DNA of 64,000 nucleotides from Phoronis australis. Taxonomy: Eukaryota > Animalia > Phoronida. Below, one piece after another: positions 13,763 to 26,148 of this stretch (positions are counted from its first letter, which is position 1; every line of letters begins with the position of its first letter). Under the pieces are notes generated by a model that did not search any database, had not been told where the DNA came from, and saw nothing but the letters and a program-made list of their open reading frames with translations. The stretch spans positions 701,062 to 765,061 of the forward strand of contig NMRA01000091.1 of NCBI GenBank assembly GCA_002633005.1, in the 5' to 3' direction. The position numbers were made by a program, and so were the translations under genes.

Positions 13763-15411
13763 TGCAACATACAAGGGTCACAATGTATGTGACTGGTGTA
13801 GGGCGCCATCTGGAGAAACTATCGAAAGTGAATCAAAAAGCGATCGATGCATTTACTTCCCCGGTTTGCCACGTACGTTTCTTTCCGGCTTTTGCAAGTA
13901 CGTTCCAAATGCAAGAGATCTGCTTTCTTAGCACAACGTCGTTGCCTCTCATTTATGGTGAAACTCAGACAATAAAAGCTATCAACGAAGCTAACGATGG
14001 TGGTACCGCGCGATAGAACACAATCTGCTTCTGGTAACGTGCACGCTAACGACAAATTTGATTGGATAATATTGAGATGGCTGATTTTAGCACAGTAGGA
14101 CCCTTGCAATTGAACAGTGCATTTCTATTAGAGAACCATATTTACTTGTGTCCGTCCATTACTCATACGAAAATAGTTACGGGTAGAAAAAAACAATGGT
14201 CTCCTCACAAACAACATGGTTTGAGCAAGTCGTGTTGGGGTCACGAATGCCATCGTTCGAGAGATGTCTCAGAGGGTTTCCCCTTTTAGCAGTTCACTGT
14301 TGCACTAAAATGCATTCTCAGCGTGGTTATAATTTAAATAGTCATATTGGAAAAGAAGAAAGAACGTGGGATCGCTTCATTAAGTGAAACGGGGACTCAA
14401 TTTAAATCCGAAAAACATTCCGATTTTAATACATGAGTTTGAACTTATCAATTCGCTACCGATAGAGTGCGCTCTTCACACGTTACCAGCGGGAGATTCT
14501 TCTGTCGCGTGTGCCAGCGAATAATCACGAATGGGGATTGAAAGAGGTTAGGAAGAACTTAAGGCTAAATAACAAAAAGGGAAAATGCGTGCACCACGCG
14601 AAGTGTACCGTGAGCTGACCTCAAACACGTGCATGTGGCGTGACATGTGCCGCCCGTACAGCCATGGGCGAATTAGGATTAAAGACAGCGACTGAAGCCC
14701 AAACACGCATCCTGCGACGCAAAGGCGGCGAGTTCTCATTACGACCTGGTAAAGGAAGCGATGCATGGCAAAATTACACAACACCAAAATAGTTAAAACC
14801 AGCAAAACCACAATCATTCATCTTAGTGCGAGAGGTGTTCAACGCGGTGAACACGGACCTAGTAGGCTCTTGCTTGAAACAGTTAGAAGCTCAACAGCGA
14901 AATGAAAGTCGGACTATTCGGTTAATTGCAAAAACAACTGGCAGCACCAGCGGACCGATGAAATTCAAATTCTATGGCCACATTTCTTTCTGTCAGTGTG
15001 GTTTTTACATTTTATAATGATTATAGCCACGTTGTGATGTGATGTGTCAATGTCGAATTACTTCTCGAATTCAGTTTTGTAAAATACGGGCAGCTTTATT
15101 GAAAAGTGGCAACATCCGTCAATAATTAGGCATCCTGTAAGGTTTGAAGAACACCTGCTTTGCTCAACAACGTGACTTGTAAACATATTAAGGTACTCAC
15201 AGAAAGTGCATGAATACCTCGCTTAAAGTTGCTGGCCCCGACGGACCGAAGTGTTATGCACGTTGTACATTGAAACAAACCACGGTCTTTGATACAAGTA
15301 CACCAAATCTACAACGCCGCGCGTCCTTGCATTCTCCAGCGGTGTACTCGTAAAAGTCTACATCATATACCCACTGCGTTTACAGATTTTAACCCTTACT
15401 GTAGGTTCACC

Positions 15412-15437
15412 CAATGAGCTATACCAGGAGCTCATTG
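15412..15437. mobile_element. 26-bp CAATGAGCT..AGCTCATTG remnant with 7-bp TSD
   Basis: gttcacc at 15405-15411 and 15438-15444 flanks 9-bp inverted termini. Confidence 0.7.
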
Positions 15438-16059
15438 GTTCACCCGCGCCTTCAGACAGCCTATCTTTTTGTTACTACAATCAGCGCTAATTTAGTGTAA
15501 ATAACCGCATGCCGACTACTTTCCCCATCAGCAAAGGATACTGAAATCAATTTAATTTGACGATGCAGTAAGAATTTAAGCAATGGAAATGTACAACTAA
15601 TTACAACCCAGTCCCTAAAGCTCGATGACTCGGTGCCTGTGAATAATAACCGAAGGTGAGACGCCTTTAGGTTTGCACGTGTAAACGTTACAGGAAACAA
15701 TCTGTTGGAGACTCCATTAGCATTACATACAGTTTCACAGATACTATTGCAGATACCAACGTAAACGTAGTTGTTAGCATAAACTCTGAAACATTGCCAA
15801 TTAAATGTTGATGCCTTCAACGTGTAAAATTTTGTTTCATTCAAAGCTAATAAAAAGGGCAAAAAACAAGGATTCAGGAGCTTTAAGAACGGTGGTAATA
15901 TTATTTGTGAATTAACATATAATTATGCAGTTTTGAAAATCGGCTAATCATCCGTATATGGAGTAGGTACAGCATTCCTTCCACAGAGTTTGTGAATCAT
16001 ATCAGAAACTTATGAGAAGGTGTTGATTCGTAAATTCGTTATCCTTTCTAAAATACATT

Positions 16060-17420
16060 GTTCTGTTTTTACTATCCTCTGGACTGTTTATATTAGCACG
16101 ACGTTTCTTTCGGTCGTTTCTCCAGCCATCTTCAGTCAGCACGGGTATCTGGTACACTCATGGGGTGCACTTCGATTATATTGTCCTGGTGTACGGCGGT
16201 GTTGGAAACTGGGACCATTGTCAGTCCACTGGGTTATCCATTAACTTCGAGGTAAATTTCCTATAGTTGTATCTTTTTTGCCTAAGGAGGGATAGCCAGG
16301 TTTTGCTGCTTGCTTGGCGGACGGCAGACACTGCATAGCTTCCAGCATGTCACACTGTTGAATACCCGGATGTTATGTTGCTGGATGCTACATTGTTTTG
16401 ACCACATGCTCTACTACTACTCCTGGTGAGCTGTTGCTGTTCCTACTGTACAACATGTCTTGTGCCGTCTTGTGTTCAGCAGTCCCGTTACTATTCGCCG
16501 ATATTTGATAGGTGGCGTTTTTCCCCAATGTCCGTCTTTGGTTTAACATGGTCATTCGTCGACCCAGGGTGTCTGATCTGAGGAATGGCAGGCTGTCGTT
16601 AGTCTCCACTTTTATATTAAACTTTACTGCAGGCGCTATGCTGGGTCAGGGAACGCCTCTGGATCACTCGGACCGTATATCGCGAATGTGTCATTCCACA
16701 TACCGATTCCGCATTTTGTGGGAGCTCAATAGTTGAAGTGAGAGTTGCTTAATCAAACCACTCAACGTACAGACAGGTGAACCCACTGCTATACCCTGGC
16801 TCTGCTCCCAGAATTTTTCTTGGAACTGGAAGTAGGTGGTACCAATTCGAGGATGGACTCTGCTGAGAGATTTGTGTTCTCAGTCAGTGTTAGGTCATTC
16901 TCCAGCTTCGATCACAGTAGCAGAAGTACCTCTGATATTTGGATACCCTGACTCTATGAACGGGCTGTAGACATTAAAACTTTCCTGTACGTCATTTGGT
17001 TCAGTGATGATTGATGTCCGCATAGCCCGAAAAATACCGACTGCTTAAGTTCTCAGATATTTTCTCGGAAACTTCATGAAAGCATAAAAACTTGAGCATG
17101 GCAATAGTTTTACCATAAAGATTTTTCATAAACCAGAACCGTTTTCAGTTTCAGGCAAGCTCCAAGTGAGACCTCTGTTGGAGACCTGTCGTTTATTTAC
17201 CAACTTGCACATTTTGGACCCCTATTGTCTTGCACACAGAGAACACTGGCTGCCGCTATAAGAGATATTCCACATATAGTTTGCCGATGTGGACATTGTG
17301 CTCTTGCGCCAATCTAACCACGTGACACTTTTCGTCCTTTGCTATTACCGTTCACCAATTGGAACTTCACGAAGATTCTTAAACTACTGAGATACTTCCA
17401 ATGCAAATGGTACGTGTACT
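16060..17420 (-). mobile_element. Degenerate Penelope-like retroelement (RT relic)
   Basis: Frameshifted minus-strand motifs in the expected order: SFNV, LENDLTLTENTNLSAESILEL, TTYFQFQEKFWEQSQGIAVGSP, RYV(DD)TF after a 1-nt correction, VKFNIKVETNDSLPFL. The 3' end has CTGAAGA...GAAACGTC. Boundaries are approximate. Confidence 0.85.
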
Positions 17421-18159
17421 TGCTAGAGTAACTCTCCAGAAATAGCGCCCACCAAACATTACTCAAGTCATTTCAAGGTGTACGGCTCAGACCCGAGAAT
17501 TATTCCCCTGCTACCATGAAAAATCGTTGGTGCGATAAAACAAGAAACATAAAATTGAAGCGTATTTTGAAACCTAGCGCTCACTCCAGCCAACGAATTT
17601 GAAAGAGATGTGAAAAAACCATTGTCGTCTGCAGATTTTTTACAAAAAGTGCAGAATATAAGTGATTTCAATTTTAATTAATATGTAATCGAAGTGTATA
17701 ATAAGGTATCAAATTGTGAACTTAAAAGAGTTCAAATTAACTGTACTTTTTAAGTAGGCTAAGAGCAGCATTTGCAGCTTCAAGTAATTTTCCTATGCGT
17801 GCTCGAAATTTAACACAGGAATTACTGGCTGTGAGGCTTTCTTGAGCATTACTCTGAAATCTGAAAACAACTCAACATTAAGAACGTTTCGATGGTCTTT
17901 ACAACTTGAGAAATTACGCCTGGGTAATTATTTAATTGTAAAGTAATCTAGGAGGCTGATGTTAAGGGAAGTCTTATTTGGAGCAATTTTCCTGTGAGTC
18001 TGGTGAGAACGCAACATCACGTCAAAGTGAAAGGCCATATAAGTATTTCGCGACCTCCCTAGCGTACATTCGAAAATGATTTATTGAACTGGGGTAGATA
18101 CTGTAGTAAACTACTTCCGTTCCTTCAACCCCATTCCTCGCTAGAGTAGTTGCCATTCT

Positions 18160-18309
18160 CCCGGGCGGCGAAACATTGAAAAAAGTGGGGGCTATAGCCT
18201 CCTAGACCCCTTGTGGTGCACCGCCCATAGACCATGAGCGGCTCAGCACTGAAAAAAGTGGGGAGGCTATAGCCCCCCTCCCCCAGGCCCCTATGGTGCA
18301 CCGCCCACG
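18160..18309. mobile_element. Dimeric GGGGCTATAGCC mini-element with 5-bp TSD; relative near 57886-57958
   Basis: Two tandem units of about 70 bp ending tggtgcaccgccca; termini CCCGGGCGGCG / CACCGCCCACG; ATTCT at 18155-18159 and 18310-18314. Confidence 0.65.
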
Positions 18310-18884
18310 ATTCTTAGCGGCGCCTTACGTTTTGCATGACCCCCGAAACGTGCCCAAAGCTGGTATTCAAAGCCGGTTTTGTAGAGCCATCTCGCAAATT
18401 GTGCATAGCAGTGGGAGTCTGTGAAGTAGTTTGCGGCAGAGTTGTACATCATCGTTAGACTGAAGCGCACTAGAGACGGCCGAGCATGTTTCAACAGCCA
18501 CTAATTAGCGGGCGAGTGTCTAATCTTTGAAACAACAAGCAAATATGGGAGTCTCACCTGGAATTTCTTAATTTTAGACACTAAAATGAAGAATTAATGT
18601 CACAACTGCATATTGCAGAAAAAACAGTGCAAGAAAACTGAGGAAAAGTGAACATATATTTACAAGACACAGAAACAACATCGCGAATGCGATTACAAAC
18701 GCATGCACGGATTGTCATATAAAGGGTGAGAAACGCATATAGGAATGTTTAGCATGACGTCATTATGACGTTTGGACCCAGTGTGACGTCATCTGTATTC
18801 TTATTTCCGGGTCCAAATTGCGCCATCTACTGCCGTGACACGTCATCATTAAACATCCGCATTGGAAATAATAAGCCAGCCTAC

Positions 18885-19014
18885 CTAACATTTCGTCCGA
18901 TATGAAGGCCGGTCCTTGGCAGAAGATCTCTCGGTAACCCTCTCTGAACGAAGGACTTCGTAGAGCGTACACAATGGGGTTACATGCGCTGTTCAGATAA
19001 CCACACCAGTAAGC
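18885..19014 (-). CDS. GPCR coding exon 2 (TM7 and helix 8)
   Basis: Acceptor tttgcag|GCT is phase 0 and matches exon 1. Encodes AYWCGYLNSACNPIVYALRSPSFREGYREIFC (NPxxY, helix-8 FR). Donor TTAG|GTAGGC is phase 1. Confidence 0.92.
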
Positions 19015-21552
19015 CTGCAAATAATGTATTTGTTAAAAGTCTGGAGGCCGTAGGTGCTCAAAATGAATGGATACGCCTTTACACTACACTACCACCACAA
19101 CTCTAGTACATTTAAAGCACCTGTGGTTTCATCAAAGGGTCGTAAGTCCGCTCTTAAAGACTACCCTGACCTCGATTATAATTTGCACACAGTTCATTAA
19201 CGTGGCTTGTGAATGCACCCGTTCAGTCTGAATACGAAAAATTGTCAACATTACGTGAAGTGCAACGTTTTCCAAATAAATGCAGCGTCGCATTTACAAT
19301 AGCGTGCCTACAACCGTCTTACATTGTACGACAGGACTTACGACCCGTTCAAGACAACATGTGATTATTAGCATGCACTAGGCGCGGATTCAGAGGGGGC
19401 TCGGAAGTGCTCTCTCTGACTATGTTGTCGCGCCCTCTTCCTACGTTGTCGTACCTTCGACCATGGTCTGTGCCTGTCATTGTAGGACGAAAATTTACAC
19501 GTTGACTAAATGGACTTGCCGTGCTCCCACCCCCTAAAGGGTTTTGGGGCAAGTGAAGTCAACTCGGTGAACCAACTACGTGAGGAGAAGCGAAAATGTC
19601 AGACTATCGGGTTTAAAAAAGAAATAACGTGCTGATAAACTCCGGCGTCGACAAATATTACAGACCCCGTGATTTAGGTAGTAAAGGGAAAGCCTTATTA
19701 CCCGCATGATCTCAAGAAAGGTTCTTTTTTAATAATACTGCGAGACAAGTCAGAGCCTGTCTGTTCGTTTTCTCGGCATCAAATTGGATAACTAAGTCTC
19801 TAATTCCGGTTTTACGTGGGTACATAGTGTACTGAAATACAGGGCTCCGAATCACGGTGCATACAAAAAAGAATCTCATTTTCAACTTGCAAAACGAAAA
19901 TTAAAAATTTGACTGAGGTTCAACATCCTATTTTCTATGCGTAAAAGGAAAATCGAAAAAAAAAGATTTTTGTTCAATATCCCATTTTCAATTTGGCTTT
20001 CGTTATTGAAAATTGAATTAACTGATGGTACCCGAACGTATTTTACTTTCATTGTCGGTTGTTCGCGTTGTGAAACATTGACTAGTCTTTAATGGCAGAA
20101 TGCTCCCTGGTGCCTTCTCTGGTATCCGCTTTGGATTGTAATCTCGTCTATGGTAGTCAGGAACCCGACTTTAGAGTTTTCGCAAATATAAGTAAACGTG
20201 CACACCCAACCACAACCAGTGGCCAAGCTAAGATTATCAACGCCCGGGATGCACAGTAAGATAACGGTGCGGCCCCTCTCCCCGGTCGCCACCGGATTCA
20301 CCCCGTTCTCCCTTTGCTCGGAGTCCGAGTTTTGAGCTGCGTCCCCCTTTCCCTGTTACTACTGATTTTGCCACCGGCAAGCAGTCACTGTTTTTGGGGC
20401 CACCCCTCCCCTGTCGTCACTGATTTCTGCATTCCTGGTCTTTTGTACACAGTCATTGTCACCCACTTTCATATGCGGCCTCCTCACCTCGTCGGCGTCA
20501 CCCCTTATAGGGGTGCTGGACCGGGAGTGGGGGCGGACTGCTCCTACTCCATTGGTAACCCAGGCGGTAATCGTGACATTTGTGTCGACCATGTACAGAC
20601 GGAGAGAAATTGATTCGCGGAAAAACTTTGATGGCAGACTCACCGGGACTCTGGAGAACGCGACCATAATTTTCATAGGGCAAACCGTCATGACCTCTCG
20701 ACTCCTATGTGAATGGTGATGCCCAGAGGGGAACCCTTGTCCGTCCTACGGACACCAGGGATATACGAGGCGGATAATATTTAACATAATTTGCAGTGGG
20801 AAGCCTGCGACATATGGGGTCTATCGCCGAACTAAGCAATTCGCGTTGACCGGTTAAGGGACGAAACTGGCGTCGACCAGCAGCTGAAACTGCTGCTGGA
20901 CCTGGAGGGGTAGGGCGATTCGGGGGCAGTTGACTAAATTTCTGTCAACCTATAGAGTTTAACTCTGAGTAAAAGTAGCCCGAGCGTTATTTTTAGTTAC
21001 TCACTTTTCTAACAAAGAAAATTCATTTGAGAAGAGCAAAAACGATATGGTTTGGTTTTGTTTAACTCGTCGCTTGGCAAATCATGCACTTTCAAACTTT
21101 CTTACACTTCTTTCCGTGTCTGTGCAGCGTTTCTAAACACAACACAAGATCTTGCCTGAAATTGATATGCGCAGGCGTTTTTCTTGATTTTAGTCGGTAA
21201 GCGCAGGTTTCAAAATAAGTAACACTACAGACCAGAACCAACTATGTTTTTTGCCAAATTTCCTCTCACTGCTTTAACGTGAAGTAAAGTCAATACACAT
21301 GTTAATTAAACCTAACTTAACTTCGAAAGACCGTTGCCAAGACATTGTCGGTTCCAATATTCAATTTGATGTGAGGGTATCCTGCAGATGGACTGAATTT
21401 TACTGAACCGGTTTCATTTTGGCAGGAATAGCCAGTCCTGTGTTTCTTCTAAACCTCTTTTGTCTTGGGTGTTGGGAAGTTAGTTGTGTTGAATTATTTG
21501 ACCTTAATTTTGATACTGATGGCAGCTAAACAAAAGGAAATGCAGCCCTTAA

Positions 21553-21985
21553 AGAGGCCTGGAACGCTATAAACAGACTAAATTGCAATATTGAAAGTGG
21601 TTCTCTACCACTGAAACAGAATTTTTTTGATTTCTGTTGATATCAAAGCATTTCTTTTAGTTTAAAATTTCAAAACAAACGATCCGTCAACTGCTCGCCA
21701 CTTTGTTGATTTTTCTCCCACAAGGCAAAGCACGTCTCCTTATTTGGCATGGAAAGACATATACAAAAACAACTGACTGTAAGCACATGCACGCATTTAT
21801 CATAAATGTGGTAAGCACAGAGTTTTTCGTTTACGCGTATTTCAAAAATAGTGAAATTTGTGATTTTTCCTGAGAATTTCCTCACAGGGAACAGTGAATT
21901 CCTCTGTACTAGACTTTGATGGATGGCACTTTCGGCAGGATTTGTTTAAAAGATATATTGACGAGCTTTCGCGTTCCATACCTCT
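21553..21985. mobile_element. Kolobok-like MITE (TTAA TSD)
   Basis: TTAA|AGAGGCCTGGAACGC ... GCGTTCCATACCTCT|TTAA. Confidence 0.85.
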
Positions 21986-23404
21986 TTAAGAGTAAATTAC
22001 ATGTATGCGTTCACATTGTACAGGAACAAATTAACCAACAAGGATAGCCATGATTACCAAAGTAATCACGAGTTCGTTGATCCCAAGGTGTAATTAAATG
22101 CAATTACAAAAAAACGTTCTATAATAGATTAGAAACAGATTCTTCAGTAGTAATGAAGCATAAGTTAATTACATACAGTTGTAGAACGCGCAGACGACAG
22201 ATCAGTGTTGAGGTAAGGGGCGTTAAAGGGACATGGTCGCTTCAAAGACTTATCAGTGCATTATTAGGTTATTGTCCATTAGGACTAAGTTATTTAAGTT
22301 ATTAGCTTGGACCAAAGTTTTAAAACTTTAAAATAAGCTGTTTTGAGATTTTACTAAGAATTGCCTATCCCTGACCTTGGCTTCCAGTCAAATGCGCTTA
22401 AAAATGCTCGGCAACGTGGCACATTTCGTTTTAGCGAAGTGTCGAACTGCGCCTATTTAAAAAATATTGTGGGTTGTAACATGGCCTCTCAGTGGTTGAC
22501 GGACACTGATTGATTGCAAAGCGACAGACAAACATTCCGATTGGCGGATGATGAGAAATGCAGCAATATACAGCTCCATTTTTTGGAAAAATTGCTTGCA
22601 GTTGCTGCAATCACAAGAATAGACTAAATCAATGCATTGCACAGTTGACGTTTGACACGCTCAAGATTACAAGGGTCAAAAAATAACAAAACAATTCATT
22701 ATACTTTCGGACTCATTTCCGTACCCATGTCTCTAAACTAAGGCAGGCACACTAATGCCCGATACTCGGATTTCTGCGGGTCGTGCGTCATCAATTCACA
22801 GGGTCTGCACCTTTTCATATAAGAGGCACAGTGACGAACATTACAGATATTGTTTCCGCTTCATTTTAGTCTTAAACAATCCGTAAAACAAATATAAATG
22901 CAAACCTGTTTTGTCGAAGCTTAAACATGACTGGAATTTTTATAAACAAATTAAACGCAAGTTACATCTGGTGGTGTTCTAACAAAACGGGTCCCAAATA
23001 TAACGGCAGAAAATCATAGTTTTCATAAGTTTGTAAAATTGATAGAAAAACGCTACTACACGCGGAGATGTCATTTACGAAGTTTGTTTACTTTCTATTC
23101 TGTGAATGTTATCCGAAGCGCATGCCAACATGTGAGTATGTGGGTATATTACCTTGAGATTGCCGTGAAAATTGAGCGGATTTTAATGATGATGGAGAGG
23201 GACAAATAAAGTAATTACTACACAAGTAGAACCACGAGGCGGACTTCTATCTATAATAAAGCCCATTTACTACAGCACTGGAGCGAGTAATGATTGCAAG
23301 TAAATAACGAATGGTTAGGGTTAGCTTTTGTTTAACTTTGAAAGTCCGCTGGGGAAGTAAAGGACAATTATACATGACTGCAAACTGCGTAAAATGGGAG
23401 CCAG

Positions 23405-23649
23405 GACCTGTTCCACGAAACTGACTTAAGTTCATTTTTGACTTATCTTTAGGATTTGTCTTAAATTCCAAACTTTGAAACTTCCACATTCGGTAAGTTA
23501 GTCAAAATTAAGACAAAACTTGTCACACACTTAAGTCTAACTTAAGATATCTTTCATGAATTGGTTTTGAGACAAATTGATCTTGTATTTTAAAATTTAC
23601 TAAAATATAAGATTTGTCTTAGCTAAGTCAGTTTTGTTGGAACGGGCCC
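23405..23649. mobile_element. MITE in CWG context (Harbinger-like)
   Basis: gacctgttccacgaaactgacttaag versus ctaagtcagttttgttggaacgggccc; flanks CAG and CTG do not match exactly. Confidence 0.65.
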
Positions 23650-24929
23650 CTGGTCAGCTACAAGCTGACGTCACATCGCTTATCGAGGAATCATAAGAAC
23701 GCCAAAGCCGTGGGATTCTGAGTGCGAACGTAGCACTAGCAGCACGCCGAGTGTTTTCCATGGATTTCCCCAAGCATTTCACCCCCTCTCCCCGACACAT
23801 CGTCATGCCTCTACATTCAAGTTTTCTGGCAAAACCACACCCTCCTCTTTGCACCCAAAGGGCTTTTGATGTTACAAAAGTAAACTTATTTAGCAGCACA
23901 TCTCGTGAAGTCTTACCAAATGAATAGGAATCCAAGAGACACGTGCAAAGTTTACAGAGGTAATAATTATCAAATCAGAAGAGCAAATAGTCGTTTAACA
24001 GGAAATGGGTATTTTTCAGAACAAATATATGATAAGCATGCCTGGCCCTTACACTCGTCAATACGATAGATAGCATTTCAGGCCCGTGTTTTAGAGCGCA
24101 ATCGTTTTATCCAATTATGAGAGACCTAATCGGTTATAGATAACGAGATCTCTGAAAAGATTGTACGCTAGTTGTTTACGCTCATGTTCGGCGAGTGTAA
24201 AACGACGAGGGTAAATGACAAGCGCGAAACAACGAGTATGACATGACCAGAGTAAAACGAGATGACGAGCGTTAAGCAACGTGTGAGTAAACAAGCTGGG
24301 TGGCTAATATCGTAAAACATAAATAAAGTGTTTCAACAAAAGCCCTTGCTACCACTCTGTCTCGGGACACCTGACCAAATGCATAACTTGCAGAAAGCAC
24401 ACTCAGTGGAGTTTCTCAATTCCCATGCATAAATAGTCAAAGGAGCCACGGCATTTTGCCTTCCGGAAAAACATCTAGACGCCAAAAAATGACCAAAATG
24501 CGAAATTGGCATTTTTCTTTCCAAAATCACCACTACAAACCACGACAGCACCGAAAACGGTGAGCTTCTATGAGTATTTCAGTACAATAAAATGGCCATT
24601 AGATGGCACAGAATGTGTCAAACCCTTCTAAATCAAGAAGGTGGTACCGTCACTGTAATACACGACAATATGCCTAATTTCATGAAAATAAGTCAAGAAA
24701 TTCCTAAGATATAGAGACAAATGTAAAAAGCAATTGACACTAGGGGGCACATCTATCGTCATATTGGTCTGAAACTCATCGTCATCTATTGCCACCTCTA
24801 TATGACTCCATCTGCCAAATTTCGCAAGGATGCTTCAAAGGTTTAAGCAGATACAGCCGTATACGCAAAAAAGCAAAATTGCCCCTAGAAAACTCCGAAG
24901 TAAAAAAAGCAATTAGCATTTTGCCACTA

Positions 24930-25166
24930 TATATATAATTGCAGGCGGTCTGATACACGTTGTATCAGACGTGCGCAGGCCTCGCATGTGGGCCCATTGC
25001 ACTGATCACCTGGAAATATTTTTCTGCTTTATTGATATATGGTTAAAACCGAGCTGAGGAGCTAGAAACCTGGCTCAAGGGTTTAGCAGTGTGACCTGGC
25101 GGGACTTGAACCCACAACCTCGAGTAAAGAAAGCGGGCACTTATCAACCAGGCCATACCGCCTCCT
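24930..25166 (-). mobile_element. Full-length tRNA-derived SINE with 13-bp TSD
   Basis: Minus strand: A box TGGCCTGGTTG, B box GGTTCAAGTCC, CCCTTGAGCCAGG (CORE/V-like), 3' hairpin gtctgatac..gtatcagac and (TA)n tail. TSD cattttgccacta at 24917-24929 and 25167-25179. Confidence 0.85.
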
Positions 25167-25668
25167 CATTTTGCCACTAGGGGGCACAGTGGAATTTGAA
25201 TCAGTTCGACACTTGTTACCGTTTGTCGTAGACTCCCAAGGAACACAAAGTTTCTTCAAAGAATTAAGGAGATTCGGCCGCAGACGCAAAAAAAAACAAA
25301 TTCGCCACTAAGGGGCGACACAGTAGTCGGACCCGTCTGAAAGTCAACCTCAGTCGAGGCCTTCTTATCAGGAACACATCTGGGAATTTTCATAGTGTTC
25401 CTTTAAGCAGTATGTCAGATAGAGAGGCGGACGCTAGAAAACGGATGCACAAATAACAAAAAGGCCACCACGTGGCTCCGAAAACATCAAATCTGTCCAA
25501 AAATATGAAGACGCGTTGTCGACTCCTTGATAGAAACCCATTTGCCGAATTTCATAGAAATACATTCGATTTGATGAAGTCCGAAGATACAAAGCCAAAC
25601 GCAAAAAAAGAAATTGCCACCAAAGGGCACAGAGGTGTTTGGAACAATTCGACACTTGTTACCGTTTG

Positions 25669-26148
25669 CAGCCTCGTCCCGGAGCCTCAAGATGGCGCTG
25701 ATTGGTTTAGCCATTTGTGGCTTGTTTATGAGTTTATGAGAAATAGCTTCTGCGCAATGATTGGCCGCTGCCTTGACTTCATTAAAACAAAGACAGACTT
25801 TAATTATTTTCACAGGCTTGTTGCTGACATTCATGAAGCAGAAGGCATTGTTTTGGTTATTGTTTGAAAAAATGGACGTTGGCGTACTTATTTTTAATTC
25901 ATTGTTAATAATAGGATCATAGAGTCAGTTTTCGAATAAAAAACATCATTTTTGCAATAATTTAGACCTAAATTGCTACAATATACCATTAGATCTCATT
26001 TTTATCGTATTATGAAGAAAATTTCAAAGTTGATATAACTTTATGTTACTCGTGACATTCCGGCGATTTCCGTAAAATGTGTTAGAATTCTGACAAAGCC
26101 TCAAGTTTAAACCGATCTGCGCCATCTTGAGGCTAGGGGACGAGGCTG
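25669..26148. mobile_element. Non-autonomous DNA transposon with about 9-bp TSD (AcademH-like)
   Basis: 30-bp TIRs CAGCCTCGTCCCggAGCCTCAAGATGGCGC; flanks taccgtttg / tactgtttg (8 of 9 match). Confidence 0.8.

Noticed and set aside
25092-25166. tRNA gene
   Set aside because: No complete cloverleaf; it is the head of a SINE with TSD and tail. The B-box remnants near 9420, 37410 and 61636 likewise lack cloverleaves.
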